Assembly (NCBI GenBank): GCA_905478325.1
Contig: CAJQIB010000010.1
Location: 3,773 to 67,772, forward strand
DNA: 64,000 nucleotides
DNA from: an uncultured Flavobacteriales bacterium
GTDB lineage: Bacteria > Bacteroidota > Bacteroidia > Flavobacteriales_D > Sanyastnellaceae
Direction: 5' to 3'
Shown here: positions 54,364-63,843 of the stretch, piece after piece
How the letters are laid out: every line of letters starts with the position of its first letter
Numbering within the stretch: the stretch's first letter is position 1
The notes under the pieces: model-generated
The model's database searches: none
The model's input: only the letters and a program-made list of their open reading frames with translations
What the model was told of the DNA's origin: nothing
Program-made: the position numbers and the translations under genes

Positions 54364-55683
54364 TCAATCCGCATGCCGAAACCATTTTATGAGTTCAACC
54401 CATGAAGGTCTCTTGCCATGCATGAGAATGCCCACGCGGTAAATGCGGCCCGCCATTCTCAGTAACAACCATGCTGTAACAGCCACCCCCAACCAAGAAA
54501 GAACCACCTCCCACCAGGCCACACCCAGCGGAATTCGGATTAACATCACGACAGGTGCTGTAAACGGAACAAATGAGGCAATAACAGCCAACGGCCCTTC
54601 CGGATTTTCAATGGCCACAACCGCCAAGAAATAAGAAGCCACGAGGGGCGCCATCGCTGGAATCAAAAAATATTGTGCGTCCGACTCTTGTTCAACCGCA
54701 GCTCCAATGGCAGCAAAACTTGCAGCGTACAAGGCAAACCCCGCCACGTAAAACACCGCAGTTGAAGCGATCATCAGGGGCCAGTTTACATCCAATAAAA
54801 AATTCAACTCCGCCTGTCCTGCAATCCATGATTCAAGATCCAACCCCACGAGGGCATCGGAAGATGATTTTAAAACGTCAGCATGCTCCAGCCACATTCC
54901 GCCCACCAGCGTTATGATCCAAACCAAGACCGATAAAACAATGAATTGGGTCAGGCCCACAAGACCGATTCCAATGACCTTTCCCGTCATCAAAACAGAG
55001 GGCTTGACCACGCTGATAACGACCTCGACAATCCGATTAATTTTTTCTTCGATCACACCCCGCATGACATGCATCCCGTAGACGAGAATTTGCACGAAGA
55101 GAAACAGGCTAAAAACGAAACCAACTAAACTTCTTCCAACGGCATGTCCGTCGCGCGTGACAATGTCTTGCCCGACGAGTGATACCTGCGTTTTCAATCG
55201 TTGGTAGGTCGAGAAATCCAAGTCCTGGGTTTCTTTGACCTTGAATCGTTCCAATGCCATGGACAGATCCGTTTTCAAATGAGCTTGCAAGTCAAATCCT
55301 GGTGTCTGTTCGTAGTAATACATGGCCTTATGATGCTGCAAAATGGCATCATCAAACACCACCATCACATCAAAGTCCGAGGCAATAAAGGCCTCATCTT
55401 CCATTCCTTCAGCTGCAAATCGATAGGTAAGAGATGCTCTGTCAGGAAAACAATCTGGACAAATGGGCACCCACGATTCAAAGCGTTCATCCCATTGACT
55501 GACCATGCCAGCAACATCGACGACAAGGACGCGGCTCTTTTGGTTATCGCCTTGTTCTAGCCACCAACCAATGGCCATGCTGCCCATGACCAATAGCGGC
55601 ACAGCCAGTGTGCCAAGAATGAATGCTTTTCGGCGAACACGCGTGATCCACTCACGATAAACGATGTGCCGCAATGCGCTCAT
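54364..55683 (-). CDS. ABC-2 type permease (NatB/YhaP-like)
   Basis: GVIEEKINRIVE, GKVIG, PFTAP, IYRVGILMHG. Confidence 0.9.
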   Translation of the reverse strand: MSALRHIVYREWITRVRRKAFILGTLAVPLLVMGSMAIGWWLEQGDNQKSRVLVVDVAGMVSQWDERFESWVPICPDCFPDRASLTYRFAAEGMEDEAFIASDFDVMVVFDDAILQHHKAMYYYEQTPGFDLQAHLKTDLSMALERFKVKETQDLDFSTYQRLKTQVSLVGQDIVTRDGHAVGRSLVGFVFSLFLFVQILVYGMHVMRGVIEEKINRIVEVVISVVKPSVLMTGKVIGIGLVGLTQFIVLSVLVWIITLVGGMWLEHADVLKSSSDALVGLDLESWIAGQAELNFLLDVNWPLMIASTAVFYVAGFALYAASFAAIGAAVEQESDAQYFLIPAMAPLVASYFLAVVAIENPEGPLAVIASFVPFTAPVVMLIRIPLGVAWWEVVLSWLGVAVTAWLLLRMAGRIYRVGILMHGKRPSWVELIKWFRHAD

Positions 55684-56636
55684 GATGGTATCGCATTGGA
55701 TTCACGGTTCTCAACCGTTTCAATGAATACATCGCGCATTGAAGGCTGCCACGGCGTGCATGCCACTACCTTCACCTCTCCTGAAATCCAATGCAACCAA
55801 GAGGCGATATCGCCTTCCGGTGACAGCCGCAACATCACCTCATGTTCTCCAACAGTGGATTCGGAATGAAGCACTTGAATCAATTCAGCGCTTGCTCCGA
55901 TGGCCACCGTAAACTCCATGATAGTCCCTAAAAACCGCAAAGTAAATCGACCGTCTCGCGCTTGCTCCCGTAAGGCGTGGACAGGACCGTCTAAAATGAC
56001 TTCTCCCCGATTGAGCAACGCCACCTCATCGCACAACTCCTCCACACTGCCCATGTCATGTGTGGACAACAATACGGTTGTGCCTTGTTTTTCTTTCAAT
56101 TCGATCACCGCATCCCGAACGCGTTGCGCATTGATGGGATCAAACCCACTGAACGGTTCATCCAAGATCAGCAACCGAGGTTCATGCAAAACAGCAATAA
56201 TGAACTGCACTTTTTGCGCCATTCCTTTGCTTAAGTCTGCAACTTCGCGGTTCCACCATCCCTCCACTTCCAACTTTTCAAACCACACCCGAAGGCGCTT
56301 TTCAGCTTCTTGGCGTTGCATCCCACGAAGCTGTGCGAAGTAGAGCGCCTGCTCGCCAACCCGCATGGATTTGTAAAGTCCACGCTCTTCCGGCAAGTAC
56401 CCAATCTGCGCGATGTGGGCTCGCGTGAGCGGCGTTCCAAAAAACGAAATGGATCCGGCGTCTGGGGCTGTAATGCCGGTGAGCATTCGAATGAGCGTGG
56501 TCTTGCCCGCTCCGTTCGGCCCAAGCAACCCAAATATTCCACCTTCGTTCACTTTAACATCGACTCCTTTCAAGGCTTGATGCGCTCGAAAAGACTTAAC
56601 GACTTGAGAAATGGCTAGGGCGGGAATACGTTCCAT
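55680..56636 (-). CDS. ABC transporter ATP-binding protein (YhaQ-like)
   Basis: GPNGAGKT, YLPEERGLY, LSKGMAQ, LDEPFSG. Confidence 0.92.
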   Translation of the reverse strand: MERIPALAISQVVKSFRAHQALKGVDVKVNEGGIFGLLGPNGAGKTTLIRMLTGITAPDAGSISFFGTPLTRAHIAQIGYLPEERGLYKSMRVGEQALYFAQLRGMQRQEAEKRLRVWFEKLEVEGWWNREVADLSKGMAQKVQFIIAVLHEPRLLILDEPFSGFDPINAQRVRDAVIELKEKQGTTVLLSTHDMGSVEELCDEVALLNRGEVILDGPVHALREQARDGRFTLRFLGTIMEFTVAIGASAELIQVLHSESTVGEHEVMLRLSPEGDIASWLHWISGEVKVVACTPWQPSMRDVFIETVENRESNAIPS

Positions 56637-56657
56637 AGAGCTCTCTAAGATGAGACT

Positions 56658-57788
56658 TTAGGTGAACATATCGCGCACCTTATCAAAAAATCCTTTTTCC
56701 TGGTGGTCTGCATCCGGCGCAAAATTGGGTGATTCTCGGAGCTGCTCTAAAAGCGACTTCTCCGAGTCGCTCAACGTTTTCGGCGTCCAAACGTTGATAT
56801 TGATGAGCATGTCACCATTGCCGTAACTGTCCACCGAAGGCAACCCTTTGCCACGCAAACGAACGATGCGGCCGCTTTGCGTCCCCGCTTCAATTTTGAT
56901 TTTGGCCTTACCGTCCACGATTGGCACTTCTGCACTTGCGCCCAATGCCGCATCCGTGAAGGAGATGTACAAATCGTAATGAATATTCTTCCCATTGCGT
57001 TGCAGATGCTCGTGGGGTATGGCTTCAATCACCACCAACAAATCACCTGCGACGCCGCCCATTGGAGCGCCGTTTCCTTCTCCGCGCACATTGAGTTGCA
57101 TGCCGTCTTCAACACCCGATGGAATCTGAATGGTCACGACCGACTCCTTGCGGACCATTCCCCATTCGTCAGAGCCTTGGGGACGCTTGCGCACCGATTG
57201 ACCACTCCCTTGGCATTGTGGACATGTCGAGGCTGTCTGCATTTGACCCAAAATGGTGTTTTGAACCCGACGCACCTGGCCGCTTCCTCCACACGTTTGG
57301 CAGTCACTATATTCTGCCCCCTCCGCCTGCACTTGCTTGAGAACTTTTACTTTTTTCTCGACCCCTGTCGCAATCTCCTCCAACGTCATTTTGACCTTGA
57401 TCCGCAGATTCGAGCCCTTCATCCGACGACGACGTCCGCCGCCACCACCACCACCACCACCGCCGCCACCACCACCAAATCCACCGCCGAAAATATCACC
57501 GAACTGACTGAAGATGTCGTCCATGTCCATCCCGCCAAATCCGCCGCCACCGCCTGGCCCTCCTTTCAATCCCTCGTGCCCAAAACGATCATATTTCGCG
57601 CGTTTCTGGTCATCCTGAAGCACCTCATATGCCTCAGCCGCCTCTTTAAATTTTTCTTCTGCACTGCTGTCATCCGGGTTTTTATCCGGGTGGTGCTTCA
57701 AAGCCAACTTGCGGTAGGCCTTTTTAATATCCGATGCAGAGGCTTGACGGCCCACTCCCAACGTCTCATAGTAATCGCGCTTTGCCAT
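56658..57788 (-). CDS. dnaJ: Chaperone DnaJ
   Basis: J-domain HPD, G/F region, CxxCxGxG x2, C-terminal domain. Confidence 0.97.
   Translation of the reverse strand: MAKRDYYETLGVGRQASASDIKKAYRKLALKHHPDKNPDDSSAEEKFKEAAEAYEVLQDDQKRAKYDRFGHEGLKGGPGGGGGFGGMDMDDIFSQFGDIFGGGFGGGGGGGGGGGGGGRRRRMKGSNLRIKVKMTLEEIATGVEKKVKVLKQVQAEGAEYSDCQTCGGSGQVRRVQNTILGQMQTASTCPQCQGSGQSVRKRPQGSDEWGMVRKESVVTIQIPSGVEDGMQLNVRGEGNGAPMGGVAGDLLVVIEAIPHEHLQRNGKNIHYDLYISFTDAALGASAEVPIVDGKAKIKIEAGTQSGRIVRLRGKGLPSVDSYGNGDMLININVWTPKTLSDSEKSLLEQLRESPNFAPDADHQEKGFFDKVRDMFT
57437..57490 (-). repeat. GGN trinucleotide run encoding poly-Gly in the DnaJ linker
   Basis: (CCA/CCG)n on the plus strand; 13 consecutive Gly. Confidence 0.85.
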
Positions 57789-57806
57789 CTGTCTCCTTTC
57801 TTCTGG

Positions 57807-58394
57807 TTATTCTCCAACGACCACTTTCGCATACCGGATGACCGCGTCATTCAGCAAGTAACCCGATTCAACCACATCCACCACCTTTCCTGACAGTTCA
57901 GGGGAAGGAATCCGGGTAATCGCTTCATGAAAATCAACATCAAAAACATCCCCTGTTTCCACCGCCATGGCTTTTACACCCTGCGCTTCCATCAATTGCT
58001 TGAATTTAGTATGGATCAAATGCTGGCCTTCCTTCAATGCCACAGGATCTTCCAATTCCAACGAGGCTGCTTCTGCTCGGGAAAAATCATCCAAAACAGG
58101 TAGCATTTTCTCGATGGAGTCGCGGGACGCAGTACGAATTAACTCAACGCGCTCACGCATGGTCCGTTTGCGATAATTGTCAAATTCAGCATACAGCCGT
58201 AAATACCGATCCTGCCAATCCGTCTGCTCCTCTGTTTGAGAAGAACCTGCTGATTCGTCAGTCTCGCTCGTCGATGACGCCGACTCCGAAGAGCTCTCAT
58301 TCCCTTCATTCCCTTCATTCCCTTCAGAAGCAGCGGATGATGCTGTCTCAGTTGCCTCTTCCTCTGCAGAGGCGTTTTTCGGTTCTAAGTCCAT
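57807..58394 (-). CDS. grpE: Nucleotide exchange factor GrpE
   Basis: LRLYAEFDNYRKR, LPVLDDF, FHEAI, GY..IRYAKVVV. Confidence 0.97.
   Translation of the reverse strand: MDLEPKNASAEEEATETASSAASEGNEGNEGNESSSESASSTSETDESAGSSQTEEQTDWQDRYLRLYAEFDNYRKRTMRERVELIRTASRDSIEKMLPVLDDFSRAEAASLELEDPVALKEGQHLIHTKFKQLMEAQGVKAMAVETGDVFDVDFHEAITRIPSPELSGKVVDVVESGYLLNDAVIRYAKVVVGE
58299..58325. repeat. 9-bp tandem repeat x3 in the grpE N-terminus
   Basis: (ATTCCCTTC)3 encoding (EGN)3. Confidence 0.85.
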
Positions 58395-58418
58395 ATTCCT
58401 TGATTTGCAGATTGCATC

Positions 58419-58464
58419 TCAAATCCAGTGCCACAAGCAAGATGCGGACAACCTGTCAGTCTTG
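58419..58464 (-). promoter_or_regulatory. Putative sigma54 -24/-12 promoter with upstream palindrome before grpE
   Basis: Minus strand TGGCAC-N5-TTGA (58433-58419); GACA-N3-TGTC at 58447-58457. Confidence 0.5.
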
Positions 58465-58470
58465 TTCGGG

Positions 58471-59061
58471 TTAGAGTCGGGCTACGTGTCGGTCAATTTG
58501 TCTGTGCAGCTCCATGCCACGCAAGTTCTTTCCAATGATGATACCATTCTCATCCACCAAAATGCTCATGGGAATGGAGCTGACGCCATATACCGCCGCC
58601 GCCTCGCTGTTCCAGCGTTTTAAATCCGATACATGGTTTTTCCACACCAGACCGTCGGCAGCAATCGCCGCTTTCCAGCGTGCCACATCACTATCCAATG
58701 AGACGCTAAACACGTCAAACCCTTCGGCCGACTTGAACTTTGCTTTCTTGTACTTATTGTAAGCGCTAACGACATTGGGATTCTCTCTCCGGCAAGGACC
58801 ACACCACGATGCCCAAAAATCAATCAGCACTAAATTTCCACGCAACTCACTCAGCTTCATAACCTTACCCTTGGGGTTGTTGAGCGCAATTTCAGGCGCT
58901 GTGTCACCAATTCGCGTTCCGACTCGACCGCTGGGAATCACTGTTTGCTCTGTTATTTCAGAGGCTGCGATGCGCGAAGGAGCCACTGCCCCCTGGTCGT
59001 TACTGATCAAAACACCTGCAGCAATGAAGACTGCACCCACTCCTATTTTCCATGTCAACAT
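58471..59061 (-). CDS. TlpA family disulfide reductase
   Basis: N-terminal hydrophobic segment, DFWASWCGPCR, NLRG. Confidence 0.9.
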   Translation of the reverse strand: MLTWKIGVGAVFIAAGVLISNDQGAVAPSRIAASEITEQTVIPSGRVGTRIGDTAPEIALNNPKGKVMKLSELRGNLVLIDFWASWCGPCRRENPNVVSAYNKYKKAKFKSAEGFDVFSVSLDSDVARWKAAIAADGLVWKNHVSDLKRWNSEAAAVYGVSSIPMSILVDENGIIIGKNLRGMELHRQIDRHVARL

Positions 59062-59078
59062 GGATGCAATTTACAACT

Positions 59079-60389
59079 TCATTCTACCCTTTCAATGCTT
59101 GCTCCTAAAGCTTTCAGTCTGCCTTCAATGTCTTGGTAACCTCGGTCAATCTGGCCGATGTTGTGAATTGTAGATTCTCCTTCGGCAGATAACGCCGCAA
59201 TGAGCAATGACACCCCTGCTCGAATATCAGGGGACGTCATGGTCACACCTCGCAATGGACTCTTGTGATCCATCCCGATTACGGTAGCCCGGTGCGGGTC
59301 ACACAAAATGATTTGAGCCCCCATATCAATCAGCTTGTCCGTAAAGAACAAGCGGCTCTCAAACATTTTCTGGTGAATCAGAACGCTGCCACGAGCTTGG
59401 GTGGCCGTCACCAATATGATTGACAATAAATCCGGAGTGAACCCCGGCCAAGGAGCATCTGCTACCGTCAAGATTGACCCATCGATGAACGTGTCTATTT
59501 CATACCTGTCTTGGGCCGGCACGAACAAGTCTTCACCCCGCCTTTCTAAAGCAATGCCCATGCGCTTGAAAACACGCGGAATCATTCCCAGCTCATCGTA
59601 CGCGACATCCTTGATGGTGAGACTGCTGCGCGTCATGGCCGCGAGACCGATAAAACTTCCAATCTCAATCATGTCAGGAAGGCACCGATGCTCGGTTCCT
59701 CCAAGCTCTTCGACTCCTTCTATAATGAGCAAATTCGACCCAATACCACTGATCTCACCTCCCATCCGGTTGATCATCTTGCAGAGCTGCTGCAAATACG
59801 GTTCACACGCGGCATTGTAGATCGTGGTCCTACCCTTTGCCATGCAAGCGGCCATGACGATGTTGGCTGTACCGGTGACAGATGCCTCGTCGAGCAACAT
59901 GTCCGTACCGATCAAACCGTCGCCTGCGGAAGCGTCGAAAAAGCCGCTTTTCGCATCGTACGTGAACGTGGCCCCTAAAGCTTCGAAACCAATGAAATGG
60001 GTATCCATGCGGCGGCGACCAATTTTGTCGCCTCCAGGCTTTGGAATCGCACCTTGACCAAATCGAGCAAGCAATGGACCAAGTACCATCGTGGAGCCGC
60101 GCAATGAGCCCCCTTTCTCACTAAACTCCTTTGTCTTGAAATAATCCAAGTTGACATCATCCGCTTGAAAACGATAGGCTCCCTGGCCCTGTTTTTGGGT
60201 TTTCACGCCCATGCTCGAAAGCAAGTCAATCAATTTATTGACATCAACGATATCTGGCAAGTTGGTGATATTAACAGGCTCAGCAGTCAGCAAAACCGCG
60301 CATAAAATTTGCAGCGCTTCATTCTTCGCTCCCTGCGGAATGACCTCTCCGGACAACTTTTTTCCTCCTTGAATAATAAAACTGGACAT
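59079..60389 (-). CDS. murA: UDP-N-acetylglucosamine 1-carboxyvinyltransferase
   Basis: GAKNE, PGGDKIGRR, ASVTGTAN, PDIRAG. Confidence 0.96.
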   Translation of the reverse strand: MSSFIIQGGKKLSGEVIPQGAKNEALQILCAVLLTAEPVNITNLPDIVDVNKLIDLLSSMGVKTQKQGQGAYRFQADDVNLDYFKTKEFSEKGGSLRGSTMVLGPLLARFGQGAIPKPGGDKIGRRRMDTHFIGFEALGATFTYDAKSGFFDASAGDGLIGTDMLLDEASVTGTANIVMAACMAKGRTTIYNAACEPYLQQLCKMINRMGGEISGIGSNLLIIEGVEELGGTEHRCLPDMIEIGSFIGLAAMTRSSLTIKDVAYDELGMIPRVFKRMGIALERRGEDLFVPAQDRYEIDTFIDGSILTVADAPWPGFTPDLLSIILVTATQARGSVLIHQKMFESRLFFTDKLIDMGAQIILCDPHRATVIGMDHKSPLRGVTMTSPDIRAGVSLLIAALSAEGESTIHNIGQIDRGYQDIEGRLKALGASIERVE

Positions 60390-60568
60390 GGCAGGGCTCT
60401 TCTCGTGTGTTTGTTCTCCGACTTTGCGTTTCGAGGCAAAGCATGCTTTCCTTCAAGATCATTCCTTCAAGGAAACAGCAGTCCTTCGAAATAACGTCAT
60501 GACAAAGCACGAAAATTAGCTTTCAGCAAAACTTTTCGACAGGAGGCACCGGACAATACCCGAGAAAA

Positions 60569-61189
60569 TTAGCGCTTCTTCTTCTTGCCCTTCCAGCGGT
60601 CAAGAGCGTCACTCGTCTTGCGCTTGCTCTTCAAGATTTCAGCTGAACTTACCAATTCAGTTTCCTCGGGGAGAATGAGCTGTCCTTCGCTCATCTCCTT
60701 GAGTTGCTCGCGGATCAAGGCATTTTCAACTGTACTTCGATTCCACGTCAAAAAGTGGCGCTTCATGAGGTTGGCAATCGTCAAAATCAACGCAGCCTTT
60801 TCCTCTCCTTCTTCGTATGCTTTTGCTTTTTCAATCAACTCCCGGGTCATGGCCCCGTAGTGGCCCAAACGCGAAGTCGCTCCCGGGTATGTCAAACGTT
60901 CCGGTGTTTCTTCCCGAGACTCCCTTGTTGGGGTTTCAAACGGACAGTCCACATCCAAATCGTAGTCCGCCATGAAAAAGAGTTGACCCCAGAGTTTTTT
61001 CTCAGAGTCTTCTTTGTCTCCCTCCTGGGCAACAATTGAACCCATGATACTTACAATAGCGGTCGCGCAATGATTGCGTTCTTCTCGATCAGCCAGCGAC
61101 TTTAGATGGCTGACCATCTGATGAATGGTTCTTCCATACTCCGGTATGGACAGGTCATCGCGGGTGCTGTTATACGTCATTTCAACCAT
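60569..61189 (-). CDS. DUF4290 domain protein
   Basis: YNSTR..L.IPEYGR, KLWGQL, IANLMK...WN; usual neighbour of murA in Bacteroidota. Confidence 0.85.
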   Translation of the reverse strand: MVEMTYNSTRDDLSIPEYGRTIHQMVSHLKSLADREERNHCATAIVSIMGSIVAQEGDKEDSEKKLWGQLFFMADYDLDVDCPFETPTRESREETPERLTYPGATSRLGHYGAMTRELIEKAKAYEEGEEKAALILTIANLMKRHFLTWNRSTVENALIREQLKEMSEGQLILPEETELVSSAEILKSKRKTSDALDRWKGKKKKR

Positions 61190-61231
61190 GGTCCGAAGTT
61201 ACGGATATCGCACGCCAATTGCACCACCCCT

Positions 61232-61822
61232 TCACCAAGATGGCCATTTCTCTGACCTGCGGTTCATCAGATCAGAAATCAATTCTAAAAACCGCGCTTC
61301 CAACGCGGCTTCTCCGACACGATCAACCGCTTTAAACAACTCGTTCAAGTTCGAATCCCATGCGATTCTCGCATCCATCGAGGTGCAGACTTGGAGCATT
61401 TTCCCCCTTTCCCCATATTCTTTCAACCAACGGTGTTCTGACATGGCAGTGAAAAACCGTTGGGTTCGATCAGGCATTTCATTTTTTCTCTGCGCTAAAA
61501 TGGACTCCACATGGTCTACAAAAGACTCTAACTGCCATTGGGGAAGAATCTGATTGAAATTCCGCGCAAGGAAATAATCATGCAGCAAATCCAGACCAAC
61601 ACCGGACATCCTCCCCAGTATGGGCCTTAAATCAGCGCGTGAAGCTTGGGACAGCAGATGCGCATCTGCCTCAGAATCAATCCACCGATGCAGCAGCACC
61701 CCCGCCGCAACTCCCTTCGGCAGCATACTGTGCGCACTGCCTTTAATGGAGTCGCCCATAAAATTGCCCACCATCAAATCGGGGTCAGGCCCCCCAATCA
61801 CCAAATGCGCCAAATAATTCAT
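61232..61822 (-). CDS. Acyl carrier protein phosphodiesterase (AcpH/DUF479)
   Basis: MNYLAHL, GNFMGD..KG, LHRWID, DLLHDYFLA. Confidence 0.87.
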   Translation of the reverse strand: MNYLAHLVIGGPDPDLMVGNFMGDSIKGSAHSMLPKGVAAGVLLHRWIDSEADAHLLSQASRADLRPILGRMSGVGLDLLHDYFLARNFNQILPQWQLESFVDHVESILAQRKNEMPDRTQRFFTAMSEHRWLKEYGERGKMLQVCTSMDARIAWDSNLNELFKAVDRVGEAALEARFLELISDLMNRRSEKWPSW

Positions 61823-61887
61823 GATGCAAATTTCGTTCGAGTCAATTGGCTAACTCACGTGTCTCCTAACTTTTTTTGCGCACATGC

Positions 61888-61918
61888 TTTGCTCCTGCGT
61901 TACACTTCCGTAAATTTG
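61888..61918 (+). promoter_or_regulatory. Bacteroidota -33/-7 promoter of tRNA-Gly
   Basis: TTTG-N19-TAAATTTG, perfect consensus. Confidence 0.78.
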
Positions 61919-61949
61919 CCGTCCTCGGTTTGAAAGCAAACCGCAGTAT

Positions 61950-62021
61950 GCGAGAATAGCTCAGTGGTAGAGCACAACCTTGCCAAGGTTGGGGTCGCGA
62001 GTTCGAATCTCGTTTCTCGCT
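61950..62021 (+). tRNA. tRNA-Gly (GCC), CCA not encoded
   Basis: Cloverleaf: acceptor GCGAGAA/TTCTCGC, D-arm GCTC/GAGC, anticodon stem CAACC/GGTTG with loop TTGCCAA, T-loop TTCGAAT. Confidence 0.97.
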
Positions 62022-62026
62022 CAATG

Positions 62027-62057
62027 AAAAAGCCTCCCGTTGTGGGAGGCTTTTTTT
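62027..62057 (+). terminator. Intrinsic terminator after tRNA-Gly
   Basis: AAAAAGCCTCCC-GTTGT-GGGAGGCTTTTTTT. Confidence 0.9.
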
Positions 62058-62120
62058 ATTCGTGGTAGCTTTGCCGCGCTTCGGACAACCAAAAGCACAT
62101 TGAATCTTAACGAATTACGC

Positions 62121-62552
62121 ATGCACGCAACCATTACGACAGACCAAGGCACCTTGAAAGTGGAGTTTTTTGAAAAAGACGCTCCCAACACGGTGGCCAA
62201 TTTTGTCAAACTTGCAAAAGAAGGCTTTTACAACGGCTTGAAGTTCCATCGGGTCATTCCTGGATTTGTCGCCCAAGGTGGCTGTCCACAAGGCATCGGA
62301 AGCGGTGGACCCGGTTACAACATCGATTGCGAATTGAACGGTGAGAACCAGTTTCACGACAAAGGAGTTTTGTCCATGGCGCATGCCGGTCGAAACACAG
62401 GAGGCTCTCAGTTCTTCTTGGTTCACAGCCGAGAAGCGACCTCACACCTTGATCGCCAGCACACGTGTTTTGGCAAGGTGACGGAAGGCTTGGACCTCGT
62501 CACTCAAATCGCACAAGGCGACACGTTCTCTGTGGAGATCGTCGAAGACTAA
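62121..62552 (+). CDS. Cyclophilin-type peptidylprolyl isomerase
   Basis: [35 protein letters not shown]; start ATG 62121; TAGCTTTG box at 62066. Confidence 0.95.
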   Translation: MHATITTDQGTLKVEFFEKDAPNTVANFVKLAKEGFYNGLKFHRVIPGFVAQGGCPQGIGSGGPGYNIDCELNGENQFHDKGVLSMAHAGRNTGGSQFFLVHSREATSHLDRQHTCFGKVTEGLDLVTQIAQGDTFSVEIVED

Positions 62553-62553
62553 G

Positions 62554-63843
62554 TCAGTCTAGGGCCCATTGAGCTCCCGACTCCAAAGCACGCATCATTT
62601 CCAGCAAAAGCACATCGCTTTGAATGGAGTTTAGCGTAGTGTGAGCCCGCAGGCTCTGGCGCTCGAGTTGAATCCGTTCAAATGGCGTGACCAAGCCCTG
62701 GCTTTCTCGATCCAATGATTGAGCCAGGGCTTCATCTGCCTGACTTACTGACGCACTTTGCTGAACCAATGCTTCATTGAGCAGCGCGACGCGCCTGTCC
62801 AGACTGGTCAGTTGCGCGGCATGCTCCTGGTCCCAAGCCAACGCGTCGGCTTGCCTGAAAGCCACCTGCGCAGCTGCTTGACCTTTGTCTCCTCCGGGAA
62901 GCAATCGATCCAACGGAATGCTCCACATCAAAGCGCCGACCCATTGGGTGGTGGGGGCCAAGGAGGAGAAGTCTGCGCCGAAGCCATTCAACATCGGACT
63001 GAATCGAAGCTCGGGCAGCCAGAGCTCTCGGGTCAACCCATTTTGTAAAGATTCCGCTTGGTCTATCCGGGCTACCAAAGCTGATTGTTCAGGCCAGACA
63101 GCAGTCGCATCCTTGCTGAAAAGTGCTTTCAAGACAGGCCAATCAACACTCAAAGGCATCGTTTCCTGAACTCCCAACACCGACCATAGCGCTGCCAACA
63201 TCGCTTCACGTGCGGCGCGTAACTGAAGGACTTGACTCTCCAAATGAAGCCGTTCAGATGCTGCCGATAGTGCCTCGGAACGCGGGCGCAACCCCGACTC
63301 CACCAACCAGTTCAACTCTTGTTCGTATTGCCTCCAAGCCTCGATTGAGGCTGCATGCAACGCCTCGTCCTGAGCGGACGCGACTGCAGCCACGAATGCC
63401 GCCATGCACGCCAAAATCCGTTGGTCGCGTTCTGCCGCAACTTCCCACGTGACGGCTTCTTGGTGGAATCCCGCCGATTCTTGGGCCGTCCAAGACTGGG
63501 CCACATCGCCACCCAGCCGCAATTCTGCCATCCACTGGCTGTTGCGGGCGACAACGTCAGGTAAGATCTCGCCAGCGACATTCATGGAACTGCCTTCCCG
63601 CGAAAAGGACTGACCACCGATTACGGCAGAAGGAATCCACCAGCGCCTGGCTGACTCCAAAGTACTTTGGGCCTCCAACAAACGCGCTTGGTTGCGCATT
63701 TCTTGCGCCGGAGCCTGCGAAGCAAGCTCAATGAGCGATTGCGCCGTGAGGACATTCCCAGACATCTCGGCTACTTGCGCTTGCACATGGATGGTAGCCA
63801 ACACCATCAAAACCATCGGAGCGATGCGATTGCCTTGACTCAT
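62554..63843 (-). CDS. TolC family outer membrane efflux protein
   Basis: Signal peptide, duplicated helix/strand pattern (WWIPS, LWLPE), long Ala/Gln/Leu helices; follows an MFP-like gene. Confidence 0.75.
   Translation of the reverse strand: MSQGNRIAPMVLMVLATIHVQAQVAEMSGNVLTAQSLIELASQAPAQEMRNQARLLEAQSTLESARRWWIPSAVIGGQSFSREGSSMNVAGEILPDVVARNSQWMAELRLGGDVAQSWTAQESAGFHQEAVTWEVAAERDQRILACMAAFVAAVASAQDEALHAASIEAWRQYEQELNWLVESGLRPRSEALSAASERLHLESQVLQLRAAREAMLAALWSVLGVQETMPLSVDWPVLKALFSKDATAVWPEQSALVARIDQAESLQNGLTRELWLPELRFSPMLNGFGADFSSLAPTTQWVGALMWSIPLDRLLPGGDKGQAAAQVAFRQADALAWDQEHAAQLTSLDRRVALLNEALVQQSASVSQADEALAQSLDRESQGLVTPFERIQLERQSLRAHTTLNSIQSDVLLLEMMRALESGAQWALD

Noticed and set aside
57789..57806. 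AGGAG Shine-Dalgarno-like sequence before dnaJ
   Set aside because: Single instance with short spacing; could be chance in a lineage that mostly lacks SD use
56877..57893. 338-aa plus-strand ORF with poly-Thr
   Set aside because: Antisense to dnaJ; the Thr run mirrors the Gly codon run
61926..61943. CGGTTTG-AAAG-CAAACCG hairpin before the tRNA
   Set aside because: Short precursor leader stem between promoter and tRNA; no evidence of a separate RNA
61950..62057. tRNA-Gly as an integration site
   Set aside because: No integrase and no duplicated tRNA 3' end seen; native terminator follows directly
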